A DNA stretch of 64,000 nt, from positions 74,785 through 138,784 of the forward strand of contig JBOGHW010000036.1 of the NCBI GenBank assembly GCA_050744865.1, read 5' to 3'. The number at the start of each line of letters is the position of its first letter. The stretch's first letter is position 1. The translations under genes and the position numbers were made by a program. Below the pieces are notes generated by a model. The model had not been told where the DNA came from, searched no databases, and worked only from the letters and a program-made list of their open reading frames with translations. The stretch is from Acidimicrobiales bacterium. Lineage in GTDB: Bacteria > Actinomycetota > Acidimicrobiia > Acidimicrobiales > Bog-793. Positions 1 through 10,018 of this stretch are shown here, in pieces.

Positions 1-1084
1 GGAGAGCGAAGCGCCGAGCCTGGCTCACAGACACGTAGACGTCCTTGGAGCTCGGAAGGTACCCGGTCGTCCGGAGGAAGCCGTAGCCCTCGTCGCGCAG
101 GTCCATCAATCCCTTTACGGGGACGAGCTCGCCGCTCCAGGTGGCGTCGTCGCGGCCGGCTCCCTGAACTTCGCGGTCACCGCGGTCCCGGCCTCGGCGG
201 CGGCGGCTCCGACGGTTGCCAAGCTCGCCCTGGGTGCCGCTCTGGCCCTGGAACTGCCCTCCCTGACTGGCTCCTCCCTGGCCCTGGCCACCGCTGGCGC
301 TGTTCCCGGGGTTGCCTCCTCCCTGGCGCTGTTGGCGTGTCTGAATCCCCTGGCCCGACTCGCTGGCTTCGCGACGCCCGCCAGCCTGGTTCTGTCCCCG
401 TCCCGTCCCGTTGCTGCCGATCGAGGTGCCGCCCGGGCTGGCCACATCGGCCGACCCGTCTATGTCGGTACCGGCCTGGCGGACAACTCGGATCGGTGCC
501 GAAGTCCCAGAGGCTGCCGGCGCGCCGCCCTGATCGGGGGCCTCGCCGGTGGCATCGCGGCTTCCCTGGGTGCCCGTCGCGTCGCTGCCGTCCTGGCTGT
601 CCTGGCTGTCGCTAGCGGGGGCCACTTCGGCGGTGCTAACCGCAGACTGCTTGGCTCTGGTGGTCCGCCCGGCCGTCTTGCGGGGCGCGGGTCCGGGACC
701 GTCGGCAGCAGAGCCGGCCTTGGCGGCCTCGCCACCGTTGGGCCGATGCCCCTGCTCGGCGGCGCCGTCGAGACTCAGCTGCCCGCCCGCTTCGGCTGCG
801 TCCTCGCTCTTCGGCTTGGCGCGCGTTCGCCGCGTCCTCGGCTTGGCCCCTTCTCCATCGTTCCCGCCGCTGCCGTCGCCGTTGCTCGAGGCGGTCGCCG
901 AGCCTCCGTTGGAGGATGGCCCTTGACCACTTACTTCAACGCCGGCGGCACGAAGGATCTGGTCGACGAGGTCGGCCTTCTTCGTCCGGGCGACTGGTTC
1001 GAGCGACATCGCGGTGGCGATGGCTCTGAGCTCATCGCGCTCCTTGCGCTCCAATATCGAGCGCTCGAGCTGCTCTCCGCTCAT
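1..1084 (-). CDS. rho: Transcription termination factor Rho, N-terminal part (gene continues past left edge)
   Basis: Absent from the ORF track because it is open at the window edge. Reverse translation from ATG (cat 1082-1084) gives MSGEQLERSILERKERDELRAIATAMSLEPVARTKKADLVDQILRAAG (Rho N-terminal domain). A long G/S/Q/R-rich insertion typical of actinobacterial Rho follows, then RRSRRRRGRDRGDRE...GELVPVKGLMDLRDEGYGFLRTTGYLPSSKDVYVSVSQARRFAL (RNA-binding domain). Synteny with thrC-hom-lysA-argS. Confidence 0.85.
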   Translation of the reverse strand, partial: MSGEQLERSILERKERDELRAIATAMSLEPVARTKKADLVDQILRAAGVEVSGQGPSSNGGSATASSNGDGSGGNDGEGAKPRTRRTRAKPKSEDAAEAGGQLSLDGAAEQGHRPNGGEAAKAGSAADGPGPAPRKTAGRTTRAKQSAVSTAEVAPASDSQDSQDGSDATGTQGSRDATGEAPDQGGAPAASGTSAPIRVVRQAGTDIDGSADVASPGGTSIGSNGTGRGQNQAGGRREASESGQGIQTRQQRQGGGNPGNSASGGQGQGGASQGGQFQGQSGTQGELGNRRSRRRRGRDRGDREVQGAGRDDATWSGELVPVKGLMDLRDEGYGFLRTTGYLPSSKDVYVSVSQARRFAL

Positions 1085-1584
1085 CGAGTTCCTCTCTGTT
1101 TGAGACTCGTTCTGCTTGATTCGGTTGGTGTTGCTGTGCTGCGAGACACCGAGCCCGGCTCTGATCAGGCTGACGCCTACAGATAACCAGTGCCCGTCGG
1201 GTTAAAGGGCTATTCGGTATCCGGTTGTCCACCTTCGGGACCGTCCCAGCGCCTGCCTCTCATCTGGTGATCGAGTGGTTCGGGCTGCTCCGGGTTCAAA
1301 GGGCGCTTCGTGCCTTCGCGGCGCGTGCTCGGAAGGAAGCGTTCAGGACGGGTGGGGACGGCTCCGACGATTCCCCCCGCCTCAGCGGCCGCCTCCGATT
1401 ACCCCGGTTGGACCGCTTTCACGACGAGCGAAGGCACTCTTACTCTAGTGCCGAACAGAGGAGCCGGGCAACACCTCCCGAACCACCTCTCGGGCACTGG
1501 TAACACGATACAGCCTCGAGCGGTGCTCGCGGCGTCGCCGGCGCCTCTGTAGCCCTCAGCCGGCAACGGGCACAAGAGCGGGCG

Positions 1585-2733
1585 TCAGAGCTCGATGGCG
1601 CCGAGCACCGACTCCAGGTCTGCGCTGACCACTTCCGGCACGGCGACTTTCTGGATCGCCAGCTCAGGGTCCTTCAAGCCGTGGCCGGTCAGCACGCAGA
1701 CGACGCGTGACCCTTCGGGGACGCCGGACTTGATGAGGCCGGCCACCGAGGCGGCTGAGGCGGCCTCGCAGAAGACCGATTCCTCGCGGGCCAACAACCC
1801 GTAAGCCTCCAGGATCTCCTCATCGGTGACTGCTGCGATGGCGCCCCCTGACTCGCTGGCCGCCGCTGTCGCGCTGAACCACGACGCCGGCTTACCGATG
1901 CGGATGGCGGTGGCAAGGGTGACGGGAGACTCGACTGGATGGCCGAGCACGATGGGCGCCGCGCCGGCAGCTTGATAGCCGAGCATCCGCGGCAGCTTCG
2001 TCGCCCTCCCTGCTTCCTTGTACTGACAGTAACCGCGCCAGTAGGCAGATATATTCCCCGCATTCCCGACGGGTACGCAGTGGACGTCCGGCGCGTCGCC
2101 GAGAACGTCGACGACCTCGAAGGCTGCGGTCATCTGCCCGGCGATGCGGTGAGGGTTGATCGAGTTGACCACGGTTACCGGCGCCCGCCGGGGCAGCTCG
2201 CGGACGAGGTCGAGAGCAGCGTCGAAGTTGCCACGAACGGGCAGCACCTGGGCCCCGTGCAGCAGCGCCTGCGCCAGCTTGCCGAGGGCGATCTGTCCCT
2301 CGGGTATCAGCACGACGCAAGCGAGACCGGCTCGCGCCGCGTAAGCGGCGGCCGAGGCCGAGGTGTTGCCCGTGGAAGCGCAGACGACAGCCGAGGCCCC
2401 TTCCTCTGCCGCTTTCGAGACCGCAAGCGTCATGCCCCGGTCCTTGAACGAGCCGGTCGGGTTGGCGCCCTCGATCTTCAGCCATACTTCGGCCTGCAGC
2501 CGCTCGGACAACCGGGGCGCCGGGAGAAGAGGTGTGGCGCCCTCGTGAAGCGTCACTACGGGTGTCTCGTCGGAGACGGGCAGGAATGCCCTGTACTCCT
2601 CGATCACGCCCCGCCACGAACGCCAAGCGAGTCCCTGTCCTGGCGGTGAGCCCGGCCCCGGCGGTGGGGCCGACCCTGGCGGTGGGGCCGACCCTGGCGG
2701 TGGGGCTGGGTCCACCCGCTCCTCGCCGCTCAT
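1585..2733 (-). CDS. thrC: Threonine synthase
   Basis: 382-aa ORF with PLP-lysine motif GSFKDRGMT and [20 protein letters not shown] start/stop overlap with hom at 2730-2733. The N-terminus carries a PPPGSA tandem repeat. Confidence 0.95.
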   Translation of the reverse strand: MSGEERVDPAPPPGSAPPPGSAPPPGPGSPPGQGLAWRSWRGVIEEYRAFLPVSDETPVVTLHEGATPLLPAPRLSERLQAEVWLKIEGANPTGSFKDRGMTLAVSKAAEEGASAVVCASTGNTSASAAAYAARAGLACVVLIPEGQIALGKLAQALLHGAQVLPVRGNFDAALDLVRELPRRAPVTVVNSINPHRIAGQMTAAFEVVDVLGDAPDVHCVPVGNAGNISAYWRGYCQYKEAGRATKLPRMLGYQAAGAAPIVLGHPVESPVTLATAIRIGKPASWFSATAAASESGGAIAAVTDEEILEAYGLLAREESVFCEAASAASVAGLIKSGVPEGSRVVCVLTGHGLKDPELAIQKVAVPEVVSADLESVLGAIEL

Positions 2734-4073
2734 GCAGTCTCCGGGCCGATGACCCGTAGTACCGAACCAAGCCGTTTCACAGACTCGAGGTCTCCGAAAG
2801 ACTCGAGCGTCGCCTGCAGGTCCGCCTCCAGCGCGGTGTGAGTGATGAACACAAGCCGCGCCTCGTCGCCGAGCCCGACCTGTTCCATCGACCTGATCGA
2901 CACGTTGTGGTCTCCCAGGGCCGCCGCCACCGAGGCGAGCACGCCCGGCCGGTCGAGGACGTCGAGCACCAGGTAATACTGCCCTCTGAGCTCGGAAATG
3001 GCATGCAGGTCGGGGGATCTCAGACGAACGGGTCGGGCGCGCCCGCCCTCCAGGGTGTGATGGGCTGCGTCGATCACGTCGCCGAGGACGGCGCTGGCGG
3101 TCGGCAAGCCGCCGGCTCCGCGGCCGTACACCATTAACTCGCCGGCTGCGTCGCCCTCGACGAACACGGCGTTGAACGAGCCGCGCACCGAGGCAAGCGG
3201 GTGCTCCTTCGGCACCATCGCCGGGTGGACGCGTACCGACACCGAGGGTGCCCCCTCCAGGTCGCCACGAAGACGGCCGACCCGTTCGGCGATCGCCAGT
3301 AGTTTGACTTCGTAGCCGAGCTTGTGGGCGAAGGCGATGTCGCTCGCCTCGATACCGGTGATTCCTTCCCGATAGACGTCGACCGACCGGACGTCGGCGT
3401 CGAAGGCGATCCCGGCGAGGATGGCAGCTTTGGCAGCGGCGTCGTAGCCCTCCACGTCAGCAGTGGCGTCCGCTTCGGCATACCCGAGATGCTGGGCCGC
3501 CGCCAGCGCTTCGTCGTACCCGAGCCCCTCGTCGCTCATACGTGTGAGCATGTAGTTCGTCGTGCCGTTGACGATCCCGGTCAGCCTGACGATGTTCTCG
3601 CCGGCGAGCGACTCGCCGAGCAGGCGAACGAGCGGGATGGCGCCGGCGACCGACGCTTCGAACAGCAGATCGACGCCGGCTGTCTCTGCAGCCAGCGCCA
3701 GCTCGGCGACACTGGAAGACAGCAGCTCCTTGTTGGCCGATATCACCGGCTTCTTCTGGGCCAGTGCCTCGAGGATCACCGTGCGGGCAGGCTCGACACC
3801 GCCCATCAGCTCCACGACGATGTCCACGTCCTTGTCGGCGACGACGGCGTGGGGGTCGTTGCAGGCGCGTCGAGCCCAGCTCCCGGGCTCGATTCCGGGC
3901 CGAGGCACCTCCAGGTCGCGCACGGCGATCCTCGTCACCTCCAGGTCGATCCCGGTTCGGCTGCGGATGGCGTCGCTGCCCGAGTCGACGAGCGCCACGA
4001 AGGCAGCGCCCACGTTGCCGCAACCGAGAACGCCGACGCGCAGCGGGCCGTCGGGGTGTGGCACGCCCACCAA
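2730..4073 (-). CDS. hom: Homoserine dehydrogenase
   Basis: 447-aa ORF with N-terminal Rossmann motif [13 protein letters not shown], catalytic region ([21 protein letters not shown]) and a C-terminal ACT domain ([28 protein letters not shown]). TTG/GTG start. Confidence 0.95.
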   Translation of the reverse strand: MVGVPHPDGPLRVGVLGCGNVGAAFVALVDSGSDAIRSRTGIDLEVTRIAVRDLEVPRPGIEPGSWARRACNDPHAVVADKDVDIVVELMGGVEPARTVILEALAQKKPVISANKELLSSSVAELALAAETAGVDLLFEASVAGAIPLVRLLGESLAGENIVRLTGIVNGTTNYMLTRMSDEGLGYDEALAAAQHLGYAEADATADVEGYDAAAKAAILAGIAFDADVRSVDVYREGITGIEASDIAFAHKLGYEVKLLAIAERVGRLRGDLEGAPSVSVRVHPAMVPKEHPLASVRGSFNAVFVEGDAAGELMVYGRGAGGLPTASAVLGDVIDAAHHTLEGGRARPVRLRSPDLHAISELRGQYYLVLDVLDRPGVLASVAAALGDHNVSIRSMEQVGLGDEARLVFITHTALEADLQATLESFGDLESVKRLGSVLRVIGPETA

Positions 4074-4079
4074 ACTACG

Positions 4080-6884
4080 TCAAGGCTGGATCCCGGTCAG
4101 CACGAGATCAGCGGCTTGGGCCATCGACAAGGCGTTGCCAACCCTTAGCTCGTCCCGGAAGGCCTCGGCGCCCATCTCGTCGCCCAGCCGGGCGAAGTCG
4201 GCTGCCCGCAGGGTCTCCTCGACATCGCTCCACCGGTAGTGCCCGGCGTCGATGGCACTTCTCACGGCCACTTCGGCAGCCCCGTGCAGGCGGGCTCCCG
4301 TCACGAAGTCGCCCTGGGCCGTGGCGCAGCAGGCGGCGGCAAATATGAAGCTGCACATTTCCTGGTGCAATCCGAGCCGCTTGCCGCTGACGAGCCCGGT
4401 TCGGATGACCGAGGCAGCCTCGGCCACGTCGCCTTCAGCCATCAGCAGGGTACTGAAGTCCGAACGAAAGATGTAGAGCAGCGCAGACGACCCTGTCAGG
4501 ATTGCCGTGGCGATCGCTTCTTCCACGTACCCCCGCGCTTGGGTGAGGTTCCCCTCGACGGCCTCGACTCCGAAAAGCGAGTACAGCTGGCCGGCCTCGA
4601 ACATCGCGTCACCGGTCCGGCGGAAGCATGCGAGAGACTCGAGGTGCAGTTGTCGCCTCTCCGCGTTCGTCTCGACGGCGATCGCCTCTGCGCCAAGGCA
4701 CTCGCCGAGCAGCTGGGAGTCTCCGATCTGGCGGGCGAGTGCCACAGATTGCCGCGCCATCACACGGCATTCGTCGTCGTCGCGCCGCATCTTGGCGAAT
4801 CCCGCCAGCAGCGCCAAGGCCCTGGCTTCGAGCGGCTGGGCCGCCAACTGGCGACCCAGCAGAAGCGCCCTGACCGCAAGTTGGTGGGCATGCTGCCTGG
4901 CCGATGCGTCGGTCTGACCGAGGATGTTCTCCTCCAACAGAGCGCCGGCGAGGAGCGCCTCGGCCTGCAGGCGGCTCTGCGTGCTGGGGAGCCTCTCGAT
5001 CGCGGAGAGCAAGGGTGCCAGGACGTCGGCGTGGCCTCTGCTCAGGAGGTAGCGGTGCAAGGCCGACCCCAACCTCACCACGCCCTGAGCTCCTTCGGCA
5101 GCATCGGAAGCTCCCGCCATATGCCACAGCGCAGCCCGCAGGTTGTCCCACTCCGTATCGAGGTGCTTCAGCCAGTCGATCTCGGCCTTGCCTGTCTGCT
5201 GGCGGGCGCCTGTCTCGGCCAGGTCGAGGTAGAAGGCCGCGTGGCGGTCGCGAGCTTGCAGGACTTCCGCTTCTCCCCCTGACTTCAGCAGATCTTGCGA
5301 GCAGTATTGCCGGATGGTCTCGAGCAACCTATAGCGGACGTCGCCAGCCGAGCGGTCGGCCACCACCAGGCTCTTGTCGACGAGCGAGCCCAAAAGGTCC
5401 GCCACGTCGAAGACGTCGATCTCGCCCACGACACAGACGGCCTCGGCGCCCTCCAGCTCGAAACCCCCCACGAATACCGACAACCGCCTGAGGACGTCCT
5501 TCTCCTTGCCGTGGAGCAGGTCGAAGGACCAGTCCACCATCGCCTGCAGCGTCTGCTGGCGGGGCAGGGCGTTGCGGCTACCGCCCGTCAGGAGCCGGAA
5601 GCGCTGGTCGAGCCTGTCGTGCAGGTGCGTGAGGGACATGGCCGACAGGCGCGCTGCAGCCAGCTCGAGGGCCAGCGGGATGCCGTCCAGGCGGCGGCAG
5701 ATCGAGGCGACCATGGCGGCGTCCATCTCGTCGAGAACGAAGCCGGGATCCTGTGCCCCGGCACGTTCGACAAAGAGGCGGACTGCGTCGGAGCCGTCCA
5801 GGTCGGCGACGGTGTCGGAGTCCTGAGGCGGCAAAGAGAGAGACGGCACCCGGTACACCCGCTCCCCGTCGACGCCGAGCGGCTCTCGCGACGTTGCGAG
5901 GATGCTCACCTTCGGGCAGCGCCTGCTGACGAGGTCCACGAATTTGGCGCTGGCGTCGATGAGGTGCTCGCAGTTGTCCAGCACCAGGAGCAACTCCTGG
6001 TCGCTCAGGGCTTCGACGACCGCAGCCACCCCGCCGGCCTGGTCCTTCAGGCCGACAGCCAGGGCCACGGCGGCCGGAAGGTGCTCGGGATCCGAGACAG
6101 TAGCCAGCTCGACCAAAAAGACTCCACGACCGCCGAGGACGTCGGCTGCGGCGTGAAGGGCGAGGCGCGTCTTGCCGGAACCGCCAGCTCCCGTCAGCGT
6201 CACCAGCCGTGAGGTCGCCACCAGCTGTCCGACGGCAACCAGTTCCTCGTTGCGGCCGACAAAGGGGCTGAGGAGGATCGGCAGGTTGTTGGGTAGCTCC
6301 GGATTGTCGAGAGACCGCAGCGGGGGGAACTCCGAGACGAGCGAAGTAGCCTCGAGCTGGAAGACTTGCTCGGCTCGGCCCAGATCCTTCAGTCGGTGCA
6401 CGCCCATGTCCCTCAGCGCGGCGCCGCCGGGAAGCGTGGGCGCAAGGAGCTCGGCAGTCGCTCCGGAGATGAGAACCTGCCCACCATGGGCGACGGCCTC
6501 GAGCCTGGCGGTCCGATTCACGACCGGACCGAAGTAGTCGCCCTCCCGCTCCTCGCACACGCCGGTGTGGAGGGCCATCCGCACCTTGATCGGCCGCTGA
6601 GTCGGCCACTGTTCGGCCGCCAGGCCACGCTGTGACGCCAGCACCGCCGCGACGGCTGCCTGGGGAGTCGAAAACGCTGCGCAGAAGGCGTCGCCGACCG
6701 TCTTGAAGACGTACCCTCCTGCGTCGGTGATGGCGCCACGCAGGAGCTCGTCGTGGCGGCGGAGAGCCGTACCCATTGCCTCGGGCTCTGCCTCCCAGAG
6801 CCGAGTCGAGCCCTCGACATCGGTGAACAAGAGCGTGACGGTGCCCGACGGGATCTCTCGGGTCTCTGCCACCCTCAGAACCAT
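4080..6884 (-). CDS. Class III adenylate/guanylate cyclase fused to P-loop (STAND-like) NTPase and TPR-like repeats
   Basis: ORF 4080..7124 trimmed to ATG 6884 because the upstream part overlaps lysA. Cyclase motifs TLLFTDVEGSTRLWE, FKTVGDAFCAAF, YFGPVVNRTARLE. P-loop LTGAGGSGKTRLAL and Walker B-like LLLVLDNCEHL. Long helical-repeat C-terminus with no LuxR-type HTH visible. Confidence 0.85.
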   Translation of the reverse strand: MVLRVAETREIPSGTVTLLFTDVEGSTRLWEAEPEAMGTALRRHDELLRGAITDAGGYVFKTVGDAFCAAFSTPQAAVAAVLASQRGLAAEQWPTQRPIKVRMALHTGVCEEREGDYFGPVVNRTARLEAVAHGGQVLISGATAELLAPTLPGGAALRDMGVHRLKDLGRAEQVFQLEATSLVSEFPPLRSLDNPELPNNLPILLSPFVGRNEELVAVGQLVATSRLVTLTGAGGSGKTRLALHAAADVLGGRGVFLVELATVSDPEHLPAAVALAVGLKDQAGGVAAVVEALSDQELLLVLDNCEHLIDASAKFVDLVSRRCPKVSILATSREPLGVDGERVYRVPSLSLPPQDSDTVADLDGSDAVRLFVERAGAQDPGFVLDEMDAAMVASICRRLDGIPLALELAAARLSAMSLTHLHDRLDQRFRLLTGGSRNALPRQQTLQAMVDWSFDLLHGKEKDVLRRLSVFVGGFELEGAEAVCVVGEIDVFDVADLLGSLVDKSLVVADRSAGDVRYRLLETIRQYCSQDLLKSGGEAEVLQARDRHAAFYLDLAETGARQQTGKAEIDWLKHLDTEWDNLRAALWHMAGASDAAEGAQGVVRLGSALHRYLLSRGHADVLAPLLSAIERLPSTQSRLQAEALLAGALLEENILGQTDASARQHAHQLAVRALLLGRQLAAQPLEARALALLAGFAKMRRDDDECRVMARQSVALARQIGDSQLLGECLGAEAIAVETNAERRQLHLESLACFRRTGDAMFEAGQLYSLFGVEAVEGNLTQARGYVEEAIATAILTGSSALLYIFRSDFSTLLMAEGDVAEAASVIRTGLVSGKRLGLHQEMCSFIFAAACCATAQGDFVTGARLHGAAEVAVRSAIDAGHYRWSDVEETLRAADFARLGDEMGAEAFRDELRVGNALSMAQAADLVLTGIQP

Positions 6885-6915
6885 AGGGCTTGAACCGCCC
6901 GGCCTAGGCGTATCG

Positions 6916-8214
6916 TCAGGCGTCCAGGCGCAGAAGATCCTCGACGGTCTCGCGCCGCACGACGATGCGAGCCTGCCCGCCGCCCACGAAGACCACGGGT
7001 GGCCGGCACGCACGGTTGTAGTTGGAGGCCATCGCCCACCCGTAGGCGCCGGTGACAGGCGTGGACAGGACGTCCCCCACTCGGATGTCGCCCGGTACCC
7101 GGCCGTCGGCCACCAGGACGTCACCGGACTCGCAGTGCTTGCCGACGATACGGACGGCCATAGGGCGCTCGGCCTCTGGCGAGCGGGGAAGAAACGCCTC
7201 GTACCCGCTGCCGTACAGCACCGGACGGGGGTTCTCGCTCATACCCCCGTCCACGGCCACATAAGTGCGGACCTCGGGCAGGACCTTGATTGTGCCGACG
7301 GTGTACAGGGTGAGGCCGGCGACGGCGACGATGGAGCGGCCTGGCTCGGCGCTCACGCGGACTTCGGCCGGGAGGCGGGCGACTTGGCAGGCCGTGCGCA
7401 CGACGGCGGCCCATTCGGCCATGGAGGGCGCCGTCTCGCTGTTGAGGTATGCCACCCCCAGCCCACCACCGATACAGCACTCCTGCAGGCCGTGGCGGAC
7501 CAGGAAAGGCGCCAGCACGCTCACCACCTGGGCGTACACGTCGACCCGGAAGATCTGGCTGCCGACGTGCGAGTGGGCGCCCGCCAGGCGCAGGCCAGGG
7601 ATGGCCCGCAGCATGTCGACGGCTTGGTCGGCGGCGCCGCCCGCCAGGCTGAAGCCGAACTTAGAGTCCTCCTGCCCGGTCATCACGTACTGGTGGGTGT
7701 GCGCCTCGACGCCGGGCGTGACGCGTACGAGCGCCTCCAGGCCGCCGAGCGACCCGGCGTCACCCAGCTCGGCCAGGCGCCGTACTTCGTCGAACGAGTC
7801 CACGACGATCCGGCCGACACCGGCCTGCAGCGCAGTTTTGATTTCCGCCGTCGACTTGTTGTTGCCGTGAAACACGAGCTGGTCGCCAGGCACGCCGGCC
7901 GCCAGGGCCACGGCCAGCTCGCCTCCAGTCGAGACGTCGAGCAACATCCCCTCATCGGCCGCCAAGGCGGCCATTGCCTTACAGAGAAACGCCTTCGTCC
8001 CGTAGGCAACCGTACCCCCGAAGTTTGCGACGGCTTCCCGGCACCGCACCCGCAAGTGCTCTTCGTCGTACACGAAGGCAGGCGTGCCCACTTCGTGGGC
8101 GAGCTCGACGAGGTCGACTCCGCCTACCGAGAGGGCACCAGACGGTGCCAGCGCTGCGGTGACTGGGAGCAGGTGGCGTGCCAAAGGCGCCTCGGAGGCC
8201 CCGACGTCCCCCAT
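6916..8214 (-). CDS. lysA: Diaminopimelate decarboxylase
   Basis: 432-aa ORF with motifs AYGTKAFLCKAM (PLP lysine), GGGLGVAY, EPGRSIVA and HCESGD. Immediately downstream of argS, as in other actinobacteria. Confidence 0.95.
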   Translation of the reverse strand: MGDVGASEAPLARHLLPVTAALAPSGALSVGGVDLVELAHEVGTPAFVYDEEHLRVRCREAVANFGGTVAYGTKAFLCKAMAALAADEGMLLDVSTGGELAVALAAGVPGDQLVFHGNNKSTAEIKTALQAGVGRIVVDSFDEVRRLAELGDAGSLGGLEALVRVTPGVEAHTHQYVMTGQEDSKFGFSLAGGAADQAVDMLRAIPGLRLAGAHSHVGSQIFRVDVYAQVVSVLAPFLVRHGLQECCIGGGLGVAYLNSETAPSMAEWAAVVRTACQVARLPAEVRVSAEPGRSIVAVAGLTLYTVGTIKVLPEVRTYVAVDGGMSENPRPVLYGSGYEAFLPRSPEAERPMAVRIVGKHCESGDVLVADGRVPGDIRVGDVLSTPVTGAYGWAMASNYNRACRPPVVFVGGGQARIVVRRETVEDLLRLDA

Positions 8215-8215
8215 C

Positions 8216-9826
8216 TCACATCTGGTCCGGGGCTTCTACACCGAGGATGTCGAGCCCAATTGCCAGCCCGACGCGGGTCGCCTCCACGAGCCACAGTCGC
8301 GCTTGTGTCAGTTCAGCTGACACACCGTCGCCCATCACGTAGCACTCGTGGTAGAAGCCGTGGAAGGAGGCGGCAAGCGAACGCACCCAATTCGTCACTT
8401 TGTAAGGAGCCCGGTCGACGGTGGCTTCCCGGACCACTCTCGGCAGCTCCACCATGTCGCGCAGCAGGTCGAGCTCCTTGGCGTGGAGCAGCAAGGCCAA
8501 GTCCACCTGCTCGATCGGCTTGCGCTCGATCCCGCGCTCGGTGGCGACCCGCCCGATGGAAGCGATCCGGGCATGGGCGTACTTCACGTACCAGACTGGG
8601 CTCTCTGCCGACTGAGCCTTGACGGCGTCCAGATCGATGGTCACTGCCTGGTCGATGGACGACACCAGTGACAAGAACCTCGTCGCGTCGGCGCCGATCT
8701 CCTCGATAAGGCTGTCCAAGCGCACGTAGTTCCCGGCTCGCTTGGACATCCTGGCGCCGACGAGCGAGATCATCTGACCGATCTCCACCTCGAGACGGCC
8801 CGGGTCGACCCCGAGCGCCTGCATGCCGGCCTTCAGGCTGGCGACTTGCCCGTGGGTGTCGGCGCCAAAGACGTCGATGACGCGATCGAACCCGCGCTCG
8901 AGGAACTTGTTGCGGTGATATGCCAGATCACCGCCGAGGTAGGTGAAGTCGCCGTTCGACCTGACGAGAACGCGGTCCCGAGTGTCGCCGAACGTCGTGG
9001 CACGGAACCAGACTGCTCCGTCCTCGTCGTAGGCGTGGCCGAGACGGCGCAGCTCTTCGATCACCTCTGCGACCTTGCCGCTCTCCTCGATCGAAGCTTG
9101 CGAGTACCACTCGTCGAAGCCGATGTTCAGCATGTCGAGCGTCTGCTTGATGTTGTCGAGGATCCGCTCCGCTGCAAAGCGTCCCGCTTCGGTCACATCC
9201 TCGGGGCCGGCGTACTCGGCCGCGATGACGCCCACGTACTCACCTTGGTAACCGTCGTCGGACACCTCGTCTCCCCGGCGGCGCGAGAGGACGCTGTCGC
9301 CGAGGAGCCGGATCTGGTTGCCGGTGTCGTTGATGTAGAACTCGCGCGTCACGTCGTGCCCGGTCCTGGTCAAGAGCCTGGCGAGAGCGTCGCCGTACGC
9401 CCCGAACCATCCGTTGCCGACGTGGAGCGGGCCTGTCGGGTTAGCCGACACGAACTCCACTTGGACCCGCTCGCCGCCGCCCAGCGGCGGGGCGGCGTAG
9501 CCGTCCTCGCCCTCTGCAATCACTTCGGAGAGCACCTCGTGGAGCCAGCTCGGATTGAGCCGGAAGTTCACAAAGCCCGGGCCAGCGACCTCGACAGCCT
9601 CCACATGGCGGGGCTTGTCCCGGTTGAGGGCGTCGGCCAACTGCCTGGCGAGTTCAGGCGGCTGCTTCCCGAAACGCTTGGCTTGGGCAAGGGCCACGTT
9701 GCTCGACCAGTCGCCGTGCTCGAGTCGCTGGGGCCGCTCCAGGCGCACGCCAGCGGCGTCGCAATCCACGCCAAGGTCCCGCAGGGCTCCTGAGATGGAC
9801 TGGGCAAGGCTGTCGATGATCGTCAT
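8216..9826 (-). CDS. argS: Arginine--tRNA ligase
   Basis: ORF 8216..10156 trimmed to ATG 9826 (MTIIDSLAQSISGAL...), because the upstream 110 codons read antisense through a tRNA gene (VLYPLSYEG artefact). HIGH-type motif ANPTGPLHVGNG and KMSKS-type motif ARMSKRAGN. Confidence 0.93.
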   Translation of the reverse strand: MTIIDSLAQSISGALRDLGVDCDAAGVRLERPQRLEHGDWSSNVALAQAKRFGKQPPELARQLADALNRDKPRHVEAVEVAGPGFVNFRLNPSWLHEVLSEVIAEGEDGYAAPPLGGGERVQVEFVSANPTGPLHVGNGWFGAYGDALARLLTRTGHDVTREFYINDTGNQIRLLGDSVLSRRRGDEVSDDGYQGEYVGVIAAEYAGPEDVTEAGRFAAERILDNIKQTLDMLNIGFDEWYSQASIEESGKVAEVIEELRRLGHAYDEDGAVWFRATTFGDTRDRVLVRSNGDFTYLGGDLAYHRNKFLERGFDRVIDVFGADTHGQVASLKAGMQALGVDPGRLEVEIGQMISLVGARMSKRAGNYVRLDSLIEEIGADATRFLSLVSSIDQAVTIDLDAVKAQSAESPVWYVKYAHARIASIGRVATERGIERKPIEQVDLALLLHAKELDLLRDMVELPRVVREATVDRAPYKVTNWVRSLAASFHGFYHECYVMGDGVSAELTQARLWLVEATRVGLAIGLDILGVEAPDQM

Positions 9827-9946
9827 GACAGACTGAGGATGGCCGAACCTCAGGTAGCATGCAAGCGGGCGCCGGAAGCGCCGGCCTGCCAGCCCGGTGT
9901 ACCGTGCCGGTCCGGCTCGCACCGTGCCTCCCAACGGGCGCTCCAA

Positions 9947-10018
9947 GCCCTCGTAGCTCAGCGGATAGAGCACCGGCCTCCGGAGCCGGGTGCGCAGGTT
10001 CAAGTCCTGCCGAGGGCG
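9947..10018 (+). tRNA. tRNA-Arg (anticodon CCG)
   Basis: Manual cloverleaf. Acceptor GCCCTCG/CGAGGGC, D arm GCTC-AGCGGATA-GAGC, anticodon arm CCGGC-CTCCGGA-GCCGG (CCG at 9980-9982), T arm GCAGG-TTCAAGT-CCTGC, discriminator G. CCA is not encoded. Confidence 0.9.

Noticed and set aside
332-1186. 284-aa plus-strand ORF, with overlapping ORFs at 337-926, at the left end
   Set aside because: It is antisense to the Rho coding sequence, which has clear domain signatures. It is a low-complexity Arg/Gly/Ala shadow ORF typical of high-G+C DNA.
6703-8622. 639-aa plus-strand ORF
   Set aside because: It is antisense to lysA and argS, both with strong motifs. It has no recognisable domain and an Arg/Gly/His-rich shadow composition.
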